From: the human T2T-CHM13v2.0 reference genome, Homo sapiens
Assembly: GCF_009914755.1 (NCBI RefSeq)
Contig: NC_060934.1
DNA length: 64,000 bases
Strand: one strand, 5' to 3'
Shown here: piece after piece, positions 1 to 13,089 of the stretch
Layout of the letters: the number at the start of each line of letters is the position of its first letter
How positions within the stretch are numbered: the first letter of the stretch is position 1
The notes under the pieces: model-generated
Databases searched by the model: none
What the model was told of the DNA's origin: nothing
What the model saw: only the letters and a program-made list of their open reading frames with translations
Made by a program: the position numbers and the translations under genes

Positions 1-25
1 TAGTGATTATAGATAGATTTTTAAA

Positions 26-198
26 AGCTGGTCATGGTGGTGCATGCCTGTAGTCCAGCTGATCTGGAGGCTGAGGAAGGAAGATCACTTGAGCCCAGGA
101 GTTCAAAGCTGTAGTGCATCACGGTCATACCTGTGAATAGCACTGCACTCCAGCCTGGCAACATAGCAAGACCCTGTCTCTAAATAAATAAATAAAAA
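26..198 (+). mobile_element. FAM-type fossil Alu monomer
   Basis: Single monomer retaining the 7SL-like segment cctgtgaatagc-actgcactccagcctgg, with a (taaa)n tail. Confidence 0.75.
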
Positions 199-908
199 CC
201 AGTTAGAAAACAAAATGAGAAAATTGAGAAAAATAATTTATAGTTAATGTTGCTTCCATCTGAATGTGTAATTTGATAATAAAGTTATTTTGCATATTTA
301 AACATAATTTCTTTAACAGGAAAACAGAAATAAAATCAGAAAAAATGTAAAAATTGGAAATTTTCTGCCTTCCTGATAATTTTTTTTTTTTTAGAAAATC
401 AGGGCAAAACATTTAGGAATACTTACTATTATTGCAAAAATTTAATATCATGGGTTCAAAGACACTTGAGATATATAAGTATGTACCTTTAATACTTTTC
501 TATTTGTTAAATATAGCTTAGTAAAATAAATGAACTAATAAAATTCCTAAATGTTTTACTGAACAATGATTTTTTTCCTTGATGTTTAGATGAAATAATA
601 TAATACCTACAAAAAGATACTAAGTGATGTCACCCTGCGTAGCTTGAATAAGGACATTTACTGAAACATTTTTATGAAAAATAAACATATTTGATTACAT
701 AATTTATATACCTTTTCCCTCCAGATGTTTCCTTTTTTCCTTCCTTATTCTTGAAATTACTTATAAATGACAGGAATTTTATATGAGTTCTAAAATCAGA
801 ATAAGAGGAAGAGTGGAAGAATTAGAAAAAGAAAAAAAAAATGCCAGTTGTGCACTTCTTCACGATGCCTTTTTAAGAGTCTTAGTGACATATTAAAAAG
901 TACAAACA

Positions 909-1224
909 GGCCAGGCTCAGTGGCTCAAGCCTGTAACCCCAGCACTTTGGGAGGCTGAGGTAGGTGGATCACTTGAGGTCAGGAGTTGGAGACCAGCCTG
1001 GCTGACATGGTGAAATCTCATCTCTACTAAAAATACAAAAATTAGCCGAGCATGGTGATGTGTGCCTGTAATCCCAGCTACTCAGGAGGCTGAGGCAGGA
1101 GAATAACTTGAACCCAGGAGGCGGAGGTTGTGGTAAGCCGAGATGGTGCCACTGCACTCCAGCCTGGGCGATAGAGCCATTTCTGTCTCAACAAAATGAA
1201 TATAATAAAAATTAAAATTTTTTT
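909..1224 (+). mobile_element. AluS
   Basis: Full dimer with A-rich linker. TSD aaaagtacaaaca at 896-908 and 1225-1237. Confidence 0.95.
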
Positions 1225-1368
1225 AAAAGTACAAACATAATTTAGAAATAAAGTTTTGTGTGTGTGTACGTGTAAATAAAGCTTTTCTAAGAACATCATC
1301 ATAAAACAATTGCATTTGTTTTCATGAAGAATCCAAGAAATGCACAAAATAATCACTTCTATAAATGC

Positions 1369-1428
1369 TTATCTTGACCACAATCACCACTTATTCAGTT
1401 ATCTTGATCACAATCACCACTTATTCAG
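1369..1428. repeat. 30-bp tandem duplication
   Basis: ttatcttga(c/t)cacaatcaccacttattcag x2, 1 mismatch. Confidence 0.95.
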
Positions 1429-1669
1429 GAACAGATAAGAGATACAAATTTTTAAGATCTAGATCCAGTAGTTATTGAATTAACTACTTTCTATCTCAAA
1501 GTTTTCCTACAACTAAACTGATGATCTCCCTTCTAAATGTAGCCCCTTTAGGATGTTTATATTAGTGAATGGCCCTATTCTACCTTATTACATACCGCTT
1601 TTCCTCCCTTTATTCCACTTCCACTCCCCATTTGCAATAAATCATACACAGGTACACATATGCAAACAC

Positions 1670-1694
1670 CACACACACACACACACACACACAC
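1670..1694. repeat. (CA)n microsatellite
   Basis: Directly visible. Confidence 0.95.
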
Positions 1695-2088
1695 TGCTGT
1701 GTGTATCTGTGTGCATGCACATTTTTCTTTATCTATTTTTCAATCTCTTCACTTGTCTCTAGCTCCACTTCCACCTGCTTAAACTACTATTATCTCTCCG
1801 TTGGACTATATTGCTGTTTATTTCACCTCTGATGTTAGTTTTCTTCAGTCTTTACACAAATCCACTCTCTTCACTATAGCGAGTGATCTGTTTTAGAATA
1901 AATTGAATCATGATGTTACTATTTCTGCCCCCTTCCCCTGCCCCCACTGGTCCTGTTCCAGCTTTAAAAACTTTAATGGTTTCACTTAGAATGAAGACTA
2001 AAATTATTATCATTGGCTAACAAACCTTGGTCTCTACATACCTCCTCAGTTTCATCAGCATTTGATTTACATTGGCCTTTATTCATAT

Positions 2089-2487
2089 TGCTATAGTCTG
2101 AATATTTTAACTCCCCCCACCCATAATTCATATGTTAAAATATAACCCCCCAATGTGATGGTATAAGGAGGTGGGCTCTTTGGGAGATAATTAGGTCATG
2201 AGACCACAGCCCTTATGAGTGGGATTAATGCCTTATAAGAGGCCCCGAGAGCTGTCTGTGCCTTCTGTCATGTGAGAGCACAGAGAAAAGACCACTGTCA
2301 ATGAATCAGGAAGTAGGCCATCACCAAACATCAAATTTGCTAGCACCTCGAACTTAGATTTACCAGCCTCCAGAACTATGAACAATAATTTTTTGTTCCT
2401 TATAAGCAGTTTAAAGTGTTATGTTTATAGCAACTGTCTATATCAATTTATAGTGCTATGTTATAGCAACCTAAATGGACTAAGACA
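2089..2487 (+). mobile_element. MaLR solo LTR (MLT1A-like)
   Basis: tgctatagtctgaat...gactaagaca termini; internal ccagcctccagaactatga. Confidence 0.8.
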
Positions 2488-2981
2488 AGACACTTGATCT
2501 CACCTCGCTTACTTCTGGTCATGGAGGCTTATATATTATTCCCTCCATTTAGAATAAACTCCTTGCCCCATTATCTTTCATAGTATCTAGCAGATAGTAG
2601 AGACCTTAAAAAATACGTTGAAAGACTAAATAATTAAATGAACTGTCACCAAAAGCAATGAATATATCAGCATATTATATGTGCATTATCAGCTATGCAA
2701 TGAATTACAGAAAATTCTGTTTCTCTTACTAAAGACATTATGACTATTCCATACCCCAAATGATCTATTAGGTCAGTTTAGAGGTTACAGTTTATTTTAC
2801 ATTGTTTTTTATACCTTATATAGTTATTGAAAATTTATTGAATATAAATAAAAGGACAAAAGTTTTACATTTGGTAATAAATGCCCAAAATATAATTTAT
2901 ATAAAAAGTATCAGTCTTTATTAAAATGACTTTGACCCAAGTTTATTCTTTATAAACGTCTGTTGTAACTCTCCAATGTAA

Positions 2982-3308
<327 letters not shown>

Positions 3309-3886
3309 TAAAGTTTGATGAACCTACTCTGACATATGTTTTTTCATTTATTTTAGAAGAGTCTCCTCAAATGACTTTTTATATTAAACCTGTTCAAAAC
3401 GATTTCTAAACCTCAACTCTGAAAGGATGCTCACCAAATACTTAAATGCACTTCAGAAGTGAAAGCAAAGATATGTTTTCTTCCTACTTGCATATAATGA
3501 AAGTTAATAATAGAATCTTATTGATAAGTATAATTTGCTAATACATTCAAACACATGTGTTGTCAAAGTTGGTATACATATAGTACTGTGAAAGGAGAGT
3601 CTATTTTGATATTTTCCCAGGATAGATTATCATTTTGCCTTTTGTACACACTTTTCTGTTGCTCTCATATGACCTTAATTGTTTAAAAAGTGTTACTTTT
3701 TTAAAAAATACATACTTTTGTTCTCTGTTAGAGCAATATGTATTTGGTATAGATTCAGAAAAATATTTGATATAGATTCAGAAAAATATTCCATTTGAAA
3801 TCTGGGCTTTTAAATCACATAAACATATAATACTAGATGGGTTTCAGTTATTTTCTTTTTTTTTTTTTTGGCTTAGCTCTGGTTCA

Positions 3887-4292
3887 TTTTTTTTAAAATT
3901 TTATTTTATTATTATTATACTTTAAGTTTTAGGGTACATGTGCACAATGTGCAGGTTAGTTACATATGTATACATGTGCCATGCTGGTGTGCTGCACCCA
4001 TTAACTCGTCACTTAGCATTAGGTATATCTCCTAATGCTAACCCTCCCCCCTCCCCCCACCCCACAACAGTCCCCAGAGTGTGATGTTCCCCTTCCTGTG
4101 TCCATGTGTTCTCATTGTTCAATTCCCACCTATGAGTGAGAACATGTGGTGTTTGGTTTTTTGTCCTTGCGAAAGTTTACTGGGAATGATGATTTCCAAT
4201 TTCATCCATGTCCCTACAAAGGACATGAACTCATCATTTTTTTATGGCTGCATAGTATTCCACGGTGTATATGTGCCACATTTTCTTAATCC
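3887..4292 (-). mobile_element. Young L1PA (L1PA2/3-like) 5'-truncated 3' end
   Basis: tatactttaagttttagggtacatgtgcaca... L1 3'UTR, close to consensus. TSD tgggtt(t/c)cagttattttc at 3838-3855 and 4415-4432. Confidence 0.93.
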
Positions 4293-4519
4293 TAACATAC
4301 TTTTATATAGTCAACAAATAGATGAATTTTTAAAAATTAATGCCTTAGAAGATGAAAAGCATATTCAGTAAGCTTTGAAAATAACTGAAACCCAAATGTC
4401 CTACAATCATAGACTGGGTTCCAGTTATTTTCAAAGCTTACTGAATATGCTTTTCATCTTCTAAGGCATTAATTTTTAAAAATTCATCTATTTGTTGACT
4501 GTATAAAAGTATGTTAGGA
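4290..4519. repeat. Inverted repeat, 105-bp arms, 20-nt spacer
   Basis: 4290-4394 is the reverse complement of 4415-4519 with 2 mismatches. Confidence 0.97.
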
Positions 4520-4796
4520 ATCTTTAACTTGCAACATGTCATATTACAATATATTCACTCAAGGTCAACAAAGAGTATTTATTCTTAGTTGACTCCTTCT
4601 GGTATTAAGAACATGGTTGAACATTTTCTGTTTTCAAAGTACTTTATCTTAAGCTTCCAGTTACTTGTCTTAGCAATTCCATCATTGGCCAGTCATTCAT
4701 TCTATTGAACGTCTCTAATGACGGGATAAGGCTAGAAAAAAAGATTCAGAATAACAGTTTCTTTGCAAAGATTTTTCATAATGTATCTTTTAACAT

Positions 4797-5172
4797 TGTA
4801 TTATGGTTTCAATATTTGCATCTCACTCCAAAATTTATGTTGAAACTTAAACATCAATGCAACAACATTAAGAGGTTGGGCCCTTAGGAGGTGATTATGT
4901 CATGAGGGCTGTGCACTCTGTACCTTATAGAAGGGCTGAAGGGAACTAACTAGGCCCTTTTGCCCTTCTGCTATGTGAGAACACAGCATTCGTCTTCTCC
5001 AAAGGATGCGGCAACAGGCACCATCTTTGAAACAGAGGCCAGGTCCTCACCAGACAATGAACTTACCAGTGCCTTGATCTTTGACTTCCAGCCTCCAGAA
5101 CAGTGAGAAATACATTATGTTATCTATAAATTACCCAGTTTCTGTTTTTGTTGTGGCAGGATGACTAGGGCA
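4797..5172 (+). mobile_element. MaLR solo LTR (MST family)
   Basis: tatggttt...ccagcctccagaacagtgagaaata...aattacccagt motif order. Confidence 0.8.
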
Positions 5173-5879
5173 TGTAAATATTGGTATTATACTCAGAAAA
5201 CTCTTAGATACAAAATTTTCAGTAAATGAAAGATGCATTTCTTGCTATTTTAAAATTTGTAGGTTGGCATGTCTGTGTATTTTTCCTTTATACCTAGGAA
5301 TGAAGCAGTTGATATGCAAAAATTATTGGGATTTTTGGAATTTAAATTAGCTAGCCGGTGGTAGAGAGATGACAAGAGTTTAGCAACTGCTGAGAGAGAC
5401 AGAGAGAGAGAGAGAAATGGTAAATAGAAAAGTGAGAATAGAAGAGACTTGAATGAAACCTATTACAAGAAAATGAAGAATGGAGATAGAATAACACCCA
5501 CACATGAATGAAAAATAGTAAAAGCATTTATAAGAAGGAATTTAAGAAAATAGACAAAAAGTTGTAGGAGATAGAGAAAATTAAAAAAAATAAAAGTACA
5601 GATACCAAGTGGTTGCTGAGTTCCTATTATTTGCCAGATACTTTAATAAAATGCAACAGAGAAAATCAAAGACAAGATGGACAGAAATTTGTAAGAAGAA
5701 TTGTAGCACACAGAATGAAGTATGTAGAAAGTATTATGAGTGTTCTAAGAAAGAAGTGGCCAATATATTGTGCAGGTTTGTGTATGTTTGCATGTGTGTG
5801 TAAATGTTTTTAGACAAAGAAAACATTAAGGAATATTGATTAATGATGAAGAAACATTAAATATGCTTTAAATTGAAAA

Positions 5880-6120
5880 TATTATTATAACATACTAACA
5901 TATATTTATCATTTCTTATATGCCAGAAATATACTACACAATTTTCTTGCATAACATTAGTTAATCCTAACAGTAATCTAATGAGAAAGTTACTATTATT
6001 CTTGATTATGGATAGAGATCAGAGCCTTAGAGACCACTCATCAAAAATCATACATTAATATTTTCAGGATTTGAAAATGTTTTATCTGATTTCTAAGCTC
6101 ATGCTCTTAACTACTATGCC
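5880..6120 (-). mobile_element. MIR fragment
   Basis: Degenerate MIR core (ttaatcctaacagtaatctaatgag...gctcttaactactatgc). Confidence 0.55.
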
Positions 6121-6344
6121 TTAAATATTTATTTTATATTCACACACTACATGTTTTATCGCATGTTAATCCTCTGTTTCTCTTTTCTTTGTTTATATGA
6201 AACTATAAGATTTGAATCATAGTTCCTCAAAACTATTTCATTCTTAAAATCTTTTTGTAATCTATTGCAGGTGACACAGACTATTACTACACTCCCACTT
6301 TCGCAGTATAAATAACATTCTTTCAACTGCAGCCTGGACTCAGT

Positions 6345-6488
6345 GTAAAACACTGTATTCAGAATACAAAACTCACGTAAATGAAAGGCTGACTTTCACA
6401 GAACCAACTGCAGGACTTGAGTATATATGGATTTTGGTACCTATGGTAGGTCCTGGAACCAAGCCCCAAGGATATTGAGGGACAACTG
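6345..6488 (-). mobile_element. MER8 (Tigger-family MITE), 5' part
   Basis: Reverse complement cagttgtccctc...ggttccaggacc...ctcaagtcctgcagttgg, with TA at the end. Confidence 0.7.
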
Positions 6489-6701
6489 TATTTTTATCCC
6501 CAGAACTTAGCACAAAACTGTCATATGGTAAATTTAATGAATATATTTTGGAGAAATAGACATATAATAATATTTTATCACAACTTCCATCATTTTCCTA
6601 AAGTTCCAGGGGGCGGGGCCCACATCATTGTACTTTTGTGATTCCTACACCACTTATTACTAAGGTATTAAAATACAATGATTAAGAGTGTGGCAGCATG
6701 A

Positions 6702-7630
6702 TAGGGATTGTATTGGATCAGTAGGGCAGTATTAACAATATTGAGTCTTCCAGTCTGTGAACATAGGATGTCTTTCCACTTGTTTTCATTAATTTCTTTC
6801 AGAAATTATTTTTAATTTTTAATGCACTAATCATCAGAGGAATGCTGATACAAATGCAAAAATGATATATCACCTCATGCTTACTAGGATGACCATTATA
6901 AAAAACAAAGCAAAAACAAAAGACAAGTGTTGGCAAGGATGTGGAGAAACTGGAACTCCTATACATGATGGGAATACAATATGGTGCAGCTGCTATGGAA
7001 AACTGAAAAACAAGTTCTTTAATAAACTGAAAATAGAACTACAATATGATCCATGAATCCTACTTCTAGGTATTCATCCAAAATAACTGAAATCAGGATC
7101 TTAAAGAAATATTAGCACTACCATGTTACTGCAGCACTATTCACAACAACCAAGGTGCGGAGACAACCTAACTTTTCATTGACAGATGAATACATAAAGA
7201 GAATGCAGTATATACATACAGTGGAATAGTATTCAGTCTTAAAGGGCGGAAAGAAAATCCTGCAATATTTGACAACATGGATAAACTTTGAAGACATTAT
7301 GCTAAGGAAAATAAGCCAGTCACAGAGAACAAATACTGCATACTGCATGATACCAATCCTACAAAGTATCTAAAGTAGTGAAACTCACAGAAGCAAAGAA
7401 TAGACTGGTGCCAGGGGAAAGAATAGAATGGTGCCAGGGGTTGGAGAGTGGGAGAAGTGAGAATATGCTAAACAACATGTGTAGATATTTAGTTATGAAA
7501 GATAAAAATTCTAGAAACCTGATGAATAACATTATGGTATAAAGATAACAAATACAGTATTGTTAAAAACTTTAAAATATTTTTAAAAGGTAGAACCTCT
7601 ACTTGACTCTTCTTGCAAAAATAAAAAAAG
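6702..7630 (+). mobile_element. Old L1M (L1MA-like) 3' end with inverted 5' segment (6702-6820 minus), inserted in a MIR
   Basis: Orientation switches at ~6822. TSD core tggcagcatga at 6691-6701 and 7635-7645. MIR sequence resumes after 7645. Confidence 0.8.
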
Positions 7631-8847
7631 GATTTGGCAGCATGAGCCAGGTGCCTGAGCCATCTTTATGGCTGTTAGATGTAGGATTTGTGTGAAATTA
7701 AGCAAGATAGCTTGAAATTTTAACCTTCTGTTTCCACATCTGAAAAACAGGAATAATAATAAAATTCAGCTTGTGAAATTTTTGTAATGATTAAATAGAT
7801 TAAATAAGATAGTATATACTTGATTGACCATTGATTTCTTCTTCCTTTGCCAGAAATCTGGCTCACCCCAGAAAATGCTATTTTTCTGTAGCCCTCTCAC
7901 TAGTGGTGAATGTTTTTATCATATTCTTCCACAACTAGGACCTGAGTTGGGATAGGTCCTGTTTCTTACTCCTTCTTCCCTATTACCACTGCCCTCTTGC
8001 TTAAAAACAAACAAAACAAATAAAAAACACTTGGTATCATATCATCAAACTGCCTATATTTCCTCTTCCTCCATTCTCTCTTGAGCCCTCTCCAAACTCA
8101 GTTTCCTTTTCAAGGTTAGGAAAGTTTGGAAAGAGTTTCAATTATTCTTTAAATTTCCAATATTTTAATTCAAACTGGTATTTTTGTCAAACTATATTTA
8201 TTACATATTAATTCCAAGGGGTTCCTCTGATAATCTAAAGTAAAATGTATTCTAAGAAAGAGAAAATTAGAAGGAATGTTGTCCAGTGAACTATTGACAC
8301 TGCACCCAACCCAGTACATGAAATGTGTATTCATCACTGACAACTTGTGGAATTCATTAAACAGGACAGCAGCAGTGCCTTTCTCCAGTCAGTGTAAATG
8401 TAGTTTTTGAGAGGAGGACACCAAAAATGTGACATTTGAAGACAGCCATGATTTGATTATGTGTTTTCTTGTTGCTTTGGATTGTTATCTGTCTCTATCC
8501 AACATAAAACAAAATCCGCAAAGATGAGATTTTCATCTGTTTTGTTGTCTGCTATATACACAACAGGTAGAACAGGGTTGGGCACCTAGTAGCCCCTTAA
8601 AAATAAAGCTATGCAATTTTGTATAAAGCTATGTAATTTTGTGTAACTTAAATGTAATAATACATTATTAAGTGTGTTATCTATAAAATACAATGTGTGT
8701 GGATGAAGGTATATGGTATAAATACAGAGAAGAGTATTTCTAAGGTGTTTGGCACTTACAAATACCACAAACGCTAGTTGTTATTAGAAACCTGATGTTA
8801 GCATAACAGGTATTACATAATGCTTGCTATACTTGAATGAATGAATG

Positions 8848-9645
8848 AAAATACTCAGCATAAAGCATTATTAATATTTGTTTATAATGATATATATTTT
8901 TTTCCTGGGGAGATATCATCAGAATTGCATTCCATGAATCCAGCAGATCATGTGTGGACAAATCTTTGATACAACCACATAAAATATTGATGACTGTGTT
9001 AACAATGTTCTTTTAAAACATTATCTAAGTCTAAGCCTTAACAGATCTCATCAGTATTCCAATTGTTCAATGAAGAAACATATTAAATGCAAACTAGCTG
9101 AACAGTCTTCACTGAGCATTTAGCGGGGCAGCCCTTAGGGGCAGTATAGGATCTTACAAGAGTAGGGAACATTAACAGCATGAACTGGGCCACTGATGTC
9201 AGGAACAGCCACTGCATTATGATCCACTAGCGTTATAAACAAATACTCAGAAAGGCAGCTAATAATCCGACATGAGCAAAGAAGAGAGGAAATACCTGAA
9301 GAAAGCATGAATTCATAGTTTGAGTTTTCTACAAATACTTTTCTAAATAATACACAATCATGGGATAAATACTAATTTGATCTGTAATAAATTACATATA
9401 TGAAATATAACAAAAATACTCAACATAAAGCGTAAAGAATTATTAATATTTGCTTATAATGCTCTAATTTTTCCTGGGGAGATATCATCAGAATTGCATT
9501 CCGTGAATCCAGAAGACCATGTGTGGACAAATCTTGCATACAACCACATAAAATATTGATGACTGTATTAACAATGTTCTTTTTAAACATTATCTATGCC
9601 TAAGCTGAAGAGCTCTCATCAGTATTCCAATTTTTCAATGAAGAA
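8848..9645. repeat. Two ~230-bp direct repeats (8848-9077 and 9413-9645)
   Basis: Manual alignment gives about 90% identity. Not recognised as a TE. Confidence 0.93.
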
Positions 9646-10339
9646 CAATATATATGTAATCTATAATTACACATATATGAGAGATTCAGTTAGTGATAAC
9701 CCATGATGTGATAAATTACACATATACATGTGTGTGTATGTGTGTGTGTGAGTAAATTTTTAGAGATTCACTTAGTATTTTGTCTACACATATAATTTAC
9801 CTAGATTTCTTGTTTTCCTAACAGGATGCAAAAAAGGTACACTGTGGGGTGGGTAATATCTCCTTACTAAATATTTATTGACTGATTTTGTCCCCACGTC
9901 ATTGACCAGTGTCATATAAATCAAACTCTCATTACCTATTTTTGAATTGTTGTTTGAACTCCAGCTACTATCCTCAAAGCTCACCAACTTGCCCTTCTAG
10001 CTGACGCATTTTATGTCTCAATCTACTTTTTATTCAATGCTTATTTATTTCATTAATCACAAATTGGGTCATTCTGCCAAGTCCTGAGGAAAATATAAGT
10101 AACTGAGACTGTCTCTGTTCAGGATTTTATAATCTAACCATGAAAACAAGCATTACATGACATATTATAAAGGGAAAGATGGACATTAATTTTGATTGGG
10201 TGTCATCAGTACTAACATTGGAGAACAATAAATAAATTAGTATCAGTAATAAGTAGAATTTTAGTAAAATCTAGAACAATAAACTTTTGTTAAAATTTTA
10301 CATTATAAAATCACAGGACAGCATGTGGCTATCGCATTT

Positions 10340-10580
10340 CAAGCTGAGATAACAGATTTGCTCTCAGATTTCCCACATAATAGTTGAACCACAATGAGAA
10401 AGCAACTTGAGTTCCCTGTTTCTTTATAGTTCCCTGATCTCTAAACTAGGCATAATAATAGTAAAATACTAATAATTATTGTTATAATCACAAGGACCCT
10501 ATGGAGTACTTGTGAACATTAAAGAATATAATCTATATAAATGGCTTAATTAATAAATTCTAAATAAATGTTGGTGGTTA
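10340..10580 (+). mobile_element. MIR fragment
   Basis: Degenerate MIR core and 3' end. Confidence 0.45.
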
Positions 10581-10653
10581 CTATTAGTGACTGATGCTTA
10601 CACATAAAATGACTATTGATATGATTCATAATTTCAAGAGACTTCTTGAGTGG

Positions 10654-11014
10654 TGTATTAGTCTGTTCTCACACTGCTAATAAAGACATACCTGAGACTA
10701 GGTAAAATATGAGGAAAGAAGTTTAATGGACTTACGGTTCCACATGGCTGGGGAGGCCTCACAATCGTGGTGGAAGAGCAAGTGACATCTTCCATGGCAG
10801 CAGACAAGGGAGAGAATGACTACCAAGCAAAAGGGGTTTCCCCTTACAAAACCATCAGATCTCATGAGACTTATTAACTACTGTGAGAACAGTACTGGGG
10901 AAACAGCCACCATGATTCAATTATTTCCCACCAGTTCCCTCCTAGAGCACATGGGAATTATGGGAGCTAAAATTCAAGATGATATTTGGGTGAGGACACA
11001 GCCAAACCATATCA
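10654..11014 (-). mobile_element. THE1 solo LTR (THE1B/C-like)
   Basis: tgtattagtctgttctcac...ccaaaccatatca. 5-bp TSD agtgg/agtag. Confidence 0.92.
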
Positions 11015-12574
11015 AGTAGGTAGGAATTATGTGTATGAAATAAGTAGGAACATTACTTAATGTTATATGAGAAGGCACTAAATACAATCAGTGGCAAAAA
11101 AGTGAACCCTACAAGCAATCAATCAAGAATAACTTCTAGGAAGGAGGGAGAAAGAGAGAGAGAATGAGTATTGTTGTAAACTGGAGTTCCACAAAGGAAA
11201 TTGAGCTTATAAATGAGCCCTGGATAGATGGATTACGAGAAAGAAAAGGGCAAAGAGAGAGGATACAGTAAGAAAAGCAAAAAGACTTTAAAACAATATA
11301 GACAGAAGGAAATAAAATTTAACATTCCAATAATGGAAAAGAATACAATGTGAGTAAACAATTGGTGTATGTTGAGAAATTCTGGGAAATAATATGAGTA
11401 GGCAAAGCAAGAATATATCACAAAGGGCCAAGAAAGCTTAGATGTGGACACAATCCAGTAGATAGTGGAAGAAATGTTAGGAGATACTTGAGAAAAGTAC
11501 TGTTTTAGGAAATAGAGATTAGCGGTTCACTGTTTTATTAAAAATAGCTGAAAGACAGAAGCTGAGTCACTTCAACTTCTGCAGTAAGCAAAGCCATAGT
11601 ATGCAAACTGGCCTTTAAATCCATGGGGGAATGTATTATCTCACTTTCATGGTGCACATCTATCATGGGTAGGTGAAAGCAAGGGAAGGAGAGATCCACT
11701 CCACCTAGTCACTCAAAGATAAGGGCTGACTGAGGCATTACCTTTTACAGCTGAACCATCTGTGATACATATCTTCTTAAGTTGTTCTGGCAGAAGAGCG
11801 AGAAAATGAAGAATTTCACATAGATTTTTGTTGCATCAGCCCAACAATAATACGTCATACTTACTTATATTTCACTGCCCAGAGATAGTTATACAGTTCT
11901 GCCTAATAGGTGAATATTTAAACAACTCATCAGAACAAACTGAATATTTGCAAAATATAACTGTTTCCTACAAATGCAATGTGACAAAGGTGTAAAATTA
12001 TTTATTTATTTCACAAATGCACATGGAACACCAAATGTGAACTAAGATTTCAATGACAAAAAAAAAAAACCACACCTACCTTCCCAGTTCTTATATGCAA
12101 GGAATTTAATGTCTAATTCCAATTTTCATTGAATAATCTAGACTAAGCTGTCCTAGGAAAAGGGAGTAAATGTAGATAGAAAATGACATATTCCCTTGTA
12201 CTGCCCCATTTATCTCATCAGTCATTCTGCTTTAAAGGAATTATCTGGTCACATTTTATCTTCTATTCACATCTGCTACTTTCAGGACCTTTCTTTCCCT
12301 CCTCTTTCTTTGAGATTTTCAGTTGCTGCTCTGCCTTGTCTTCTGTGTCCATTCTTAGCTCCAATCCTGAGACTCAGCTGGAGTCTCAGAGGCTTGCATC
12401 TGAGCACTCTGCATTGCTCAGTGACTAAGGCAACTGAATTAGGGCAGGGACACCTGGAATAGCTCAGTCCTCCACAGCAGGTGGGGTCTGATAAAAGCCA
12501 TATGCCTAAGACCCTGCAGTATCAAAGAACTAAGACTCGCAGGCATTCCTAACTGGAATCTATCTCTATTTCAG

Positions 12575-12947
12575 TGTTATGGGCTAGATTGTGTTCCCCA
12601 AAATTCATATATTCAACCTCTATCCCCTAGTAACTCAGAATGTAACTATATTTGGATATAGGGCTTTTGAAGAGATAATTAAGTTAAAATGAGGCTCTTA
12701 AGGTGAAACCTGTAAGAAGATACTAGGACACAAGGAGAGACATCACGGGTGTGCCTGTACAGAAGGGCAACAATGTGAAGAGGCAGCAAGAGGGTAGATA
12801 TCTGAAAGCCAAGGAGAGAGGACTGAGGCAACCAGCTCAACTAGTACCTTGATCTTGGATAATTCCAGTCTCCAGAAGTGCTTAAATTTCTGTTGTTTAA
12901 GCCACCTAGTCTGTGGTATTTAATTACGGCATTCCTAGTAAAAGGAC
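12575..12947 (+). mobile_element. MaLR LTR (MLT1B-like)
   Basis: tgttatgggc...aaatttctgttgtttaagccacctagtctgtggtattt. Confidence 0.8.
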
Positions 12948-13089
12948 AACTTTTATCTCTGTTTCCAATAAACATTTCAATCCCATGGTAGGAAAATGAC
13001 AATCTGCCTAATCTCTGCCACCTCCTAACAAAAATCTTGTTTTATTAAGAATACAAACAAAACATATTTTATATAATTTTCTTATAATT

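Noticed and set aside
8360-8376. REST/RE1 site (ggacagc)
   Set aside because: Only a right half-site; there is no TTCAGCACC half nearby.
8915-9060. Duplicated block as tandem C/D box snoRNAs (CTGATGA...CTGA on the minus strand)
   Set aside because: There is no convincing terminal stem or D' box, the spacing is long, and such motifs are common by chance.
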